From Selaginella moellendorffii (Eukaryota > Plantae > Lycopodiophyta), in the NCBI RefSeq assembly GCF_000143415.4, contig NW_003314398.1:216005-280004 (forward strand): a DNA stretch of 64,000 nt, given 5' to 3'. Made by a program: the position numbers and the translations under genes. The stretch's first letter is position 1. Each line of letters starts with the position of its first letter. Below, one piece after another: positions 61,790 through 64,000 of this stretch. Below the pieces are notes generated by a model that saw only the letters and a list, made by a program, of their open reading frames with translations, was not told the DNA's origin and did not search any database.

Positions 61790-62212
61790 TTAAACTTTGC
61801 ATAAGTACATAGAGTTTTGCCTTGTAGAAATTCCTCCACTAGATCTCACGTGTTCGCTAGGTTCTCCTTTTGTTCCCATGTTGCTTCGCAGTGTGGAAAT
61901 CCTTCCCACGTCACATGGAACTCTTTTCCACTTCACATGGAACTCTCTCACCTCATGTCCTTGTCGCTTGCTCTTGCGTGCATTGAAAATGGCTTCCACT
62001 TCGTATTCTTCTTCCCCTTGGATAACCTCAGGTAAAGGTCTCACTTGGTCCTTGCGAAGCAGATCCTCAAAGTACAGCTTGAGTAGATTCACATGGAACA
62101 CTGGGTGCATCTTCCCCATCTCTCGAGGAAGTAGGAGACAGTAAACCACTTTACCGATTTGTATCTCAATCTCGTAAGGCCCCATGAACCTGCTTAAGGA
62201 ACTCAAGATCAA
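61790..62212 (-). pseudogene. Integrase C-terminus (GPY/F) plus chromodomain of a chromovirus
   Basis: RFMGPYEI..YCLLLP..HPVFHVNLLK..EEEYEVEAIF..FHVKWKR. Confidence 0.9.
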
Positions 62213-62259
62213 TTCATTATCAGGAATACATGCATTTTACCTTTGGGTCAACTTAGAGG

Positions 62260-62872
62260 CAGACTTGGAGACCAAGTTTGAGACTGAGTTCGAAACCAAG
62301 TTCAAGATAGAGTCTGAGATCCGAGATCGGGTCTGAGACCAAGTCCGAGGTTGAGTCTAAAGTCGAGTCTGAGATTGGGTTTAAGATCAAGTCTGAGACC
62401 AAGTCCAAGACCGAGTCCGAGTACTAATGCAGGTCAAGGGGTGAAAGCCCAAAGCATGTGTCTCCCAGTGGGGGGGGGGGATAGTGAGGTCTAGAAACTA
62501 GTCTTGAAGGAGCTCTCCAATGGTGCTTCTAAATTGACTTGAGGTGAGACTGGGGCCGAGGGGCCTTGGGTGGGAGTGAGCATAGACTTGGGTGGTGCCA
62601 AAGGGGACACTCAAGGAAGTGCTCAAGAGAAACTCCCACTCTCGAAAGGGAAACTGACTGTGGTGCTCCTGGCTCATGTGGAGTGGTGCCCCACTTAAGT
62701 ACCTTGTAGCTCATTGGTCCTCGCCCTTCCTAAAGGCTTGGGCCTTCCCTTCGGGATGGAAGTGGGGGGGTAAAGGTACCCATACTAAGCCATTAGGCCA
62801 TGGTGTTTCGCCCTGGCATCCTGAATGTGTTGCACCCAAGGCTTGGGATTTAAAGGGTCCCATGATCAAGTC
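62260..62872 (+). mobile_element. Partial chromovirus LTR in opposite orientation
   Basis: rc homology to 60785-61300. Confidence 0.75.
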
Positions 62873-62988
62873 TGCACCTCCTTTTCCAATTGGTTAAGGG
62901 TCTTGGGATATTTGGGGTAAAACATCCTTGGGTTTGAATAGTACTGAGCTAGGTGACCTCCCAGGAAGTCTAAATTCAAGAGCTTACA
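62873..62988 (+). mobile_element. 3' part of a Cassandra-type LTR with 5S-like segment
   Basis: ..AATAGTACTGAGCTAGGTGACCTCCCAGGAAGTCTAAATTCAAGAGCTTACA matches 54395-54509. Confidence 0.8.
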
Positions 62989-63009
62989 AAAGGGTTTGCA
63001 TTCTAAAAG

Positions 63010-64000
63010 CATTCCATATTTAGTAAATTTCAAGCTTGTCCCAGAGACTAACTCTTGCTACTAAGGGTGGCTTAAGGTGAAAGCCCAAAGCGTGTGTTCC
63101 TCAAGGGGGGGAGGGGGGGCAGGGGTGGGGGCAGGGGCCCAAGGCCTTGAAACTCGGGTTTCATACCACTATTCTATGGACACATGCCACATGAAGGGTT
63201 TAGGTTTTGCTTCGTAGTGTTATCCTATGGTAAATCACCATAGGATAAATGGTAAAAACCACATGTGCTACATTTGGTATCAAAGGATGAGTTTCAGCGA
63301 GTACTATGCAATGAGATTGGGCAACTAGTCTTGTTGCATATGCAGAGATGAAAACGATGGTCCGAGTGGGTACATGTCTGGTGCAAAGGCTTCACATTCG
63401 TTCCTTGGGTATGGATTTGGTTACCTTTTTGTACCGTAATAATATGAGCTTGCTCTTAGGCTTATAAGAGGGATTGAGTTGTACCATTTTTCCACGAGTT
63501 TTCGCTTGGGCTCGTGAGTGAGGCACATTAGCAACTCAAGGTTACACTTTGAGTTGGCAGGATTAATGTTAGCCTATCAGTTGTTCCATAAGTTGTTCCA
63601 ATGGTTCCATGAGTTGTTCCATGTACCATGGGTGAAAGTAAACCTTCCTTGGGTTTGCTATGAGCGGCAAATAGGCTAGTCAGTAGTTGTTTAGCACAAC
63701 ATTAGTGGATCCTTCATATCCATATTTACAAGTGGATCAATCAAGACTATAGTGATTTGTCTATTAGTTCAAGTAGTCATTGCCGTGTTCTCTTATAAAT
63801 TTTTCTTGGATTGGACTGAAGGTAGTGCGAATGCAAGCTTGAGGTTTAGTCAAAGATGAGACTGAAAAGAGAGTCATTAGGGATGAAAAATCAAACACGT
63901 AAATCATTTTCTCTTCTTGGAGAGATGATTTGCAACGAGGTGTTGACTCATTGCTTGTGTTCACGTTATATAATCAAGAGTCCTTACCTTGATGCATGTT
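63010..64000 (+). mobile_element. LARD LTR fragment, PBS (~63275) and internal region running off the window
   Basis: Colinear with 9360-10710 and continues into sequence matching 52190 onward. Confidence 0.8.

Overview
Eukaryotic land-plant genomic DNA with assembly gaps. The very short 45-60 nt introns and a CYP72-clan P450 suggest a compact genome such as Selaginella (inference only). The only ordinary host gene is a 5-exon cytochrome P450 (4658-2901, minus); the rest is nested transposable elements. The centrepiece is a ~12.5-13.3 kb DNA transposon present as two near-identical inverted copies (11062-23574 and 33052-46358), with perfect 24-bp TIRs (AAGCTCTATTTCGTTAAAGTGGGA) and 4-bp TSDs. 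It encodes a Sola-like DDD transposase carrying tandem Tnp1/En-Spm-like domains. Divergently, it encodes one spliced gene of >1600 codons that I read as ParB/Srx-like domain + degenerate beta-class DNA-methyltransferase-like fold + acidic/Pro-rich linker + FCP1/SCP-type HAD phosphatase. About 22 copies of a 22-bp palindrome (ATGGCRTG-N6-CAYGCCAT) are spread through the element, in introns, UTRs and coding loops, and I found none outside it. Together these suggest a ParB/parS-like protein-plus-site system on a plant transposon (hypothesis). The TSDs of the two copies are reciprocally swapped, and both host retroelements are split, showing that the ~9.5 kb between the copies is inverted (real recombination or mis-assembly). 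Also present: 5S-rRNA-bearing Cassandra-type LTRs, a TRIM, a non-coding LARD family, solo LTRs with minisatellites and a rearranged chromovirus. All domain calls are by-eye motif recognition, not database searches.
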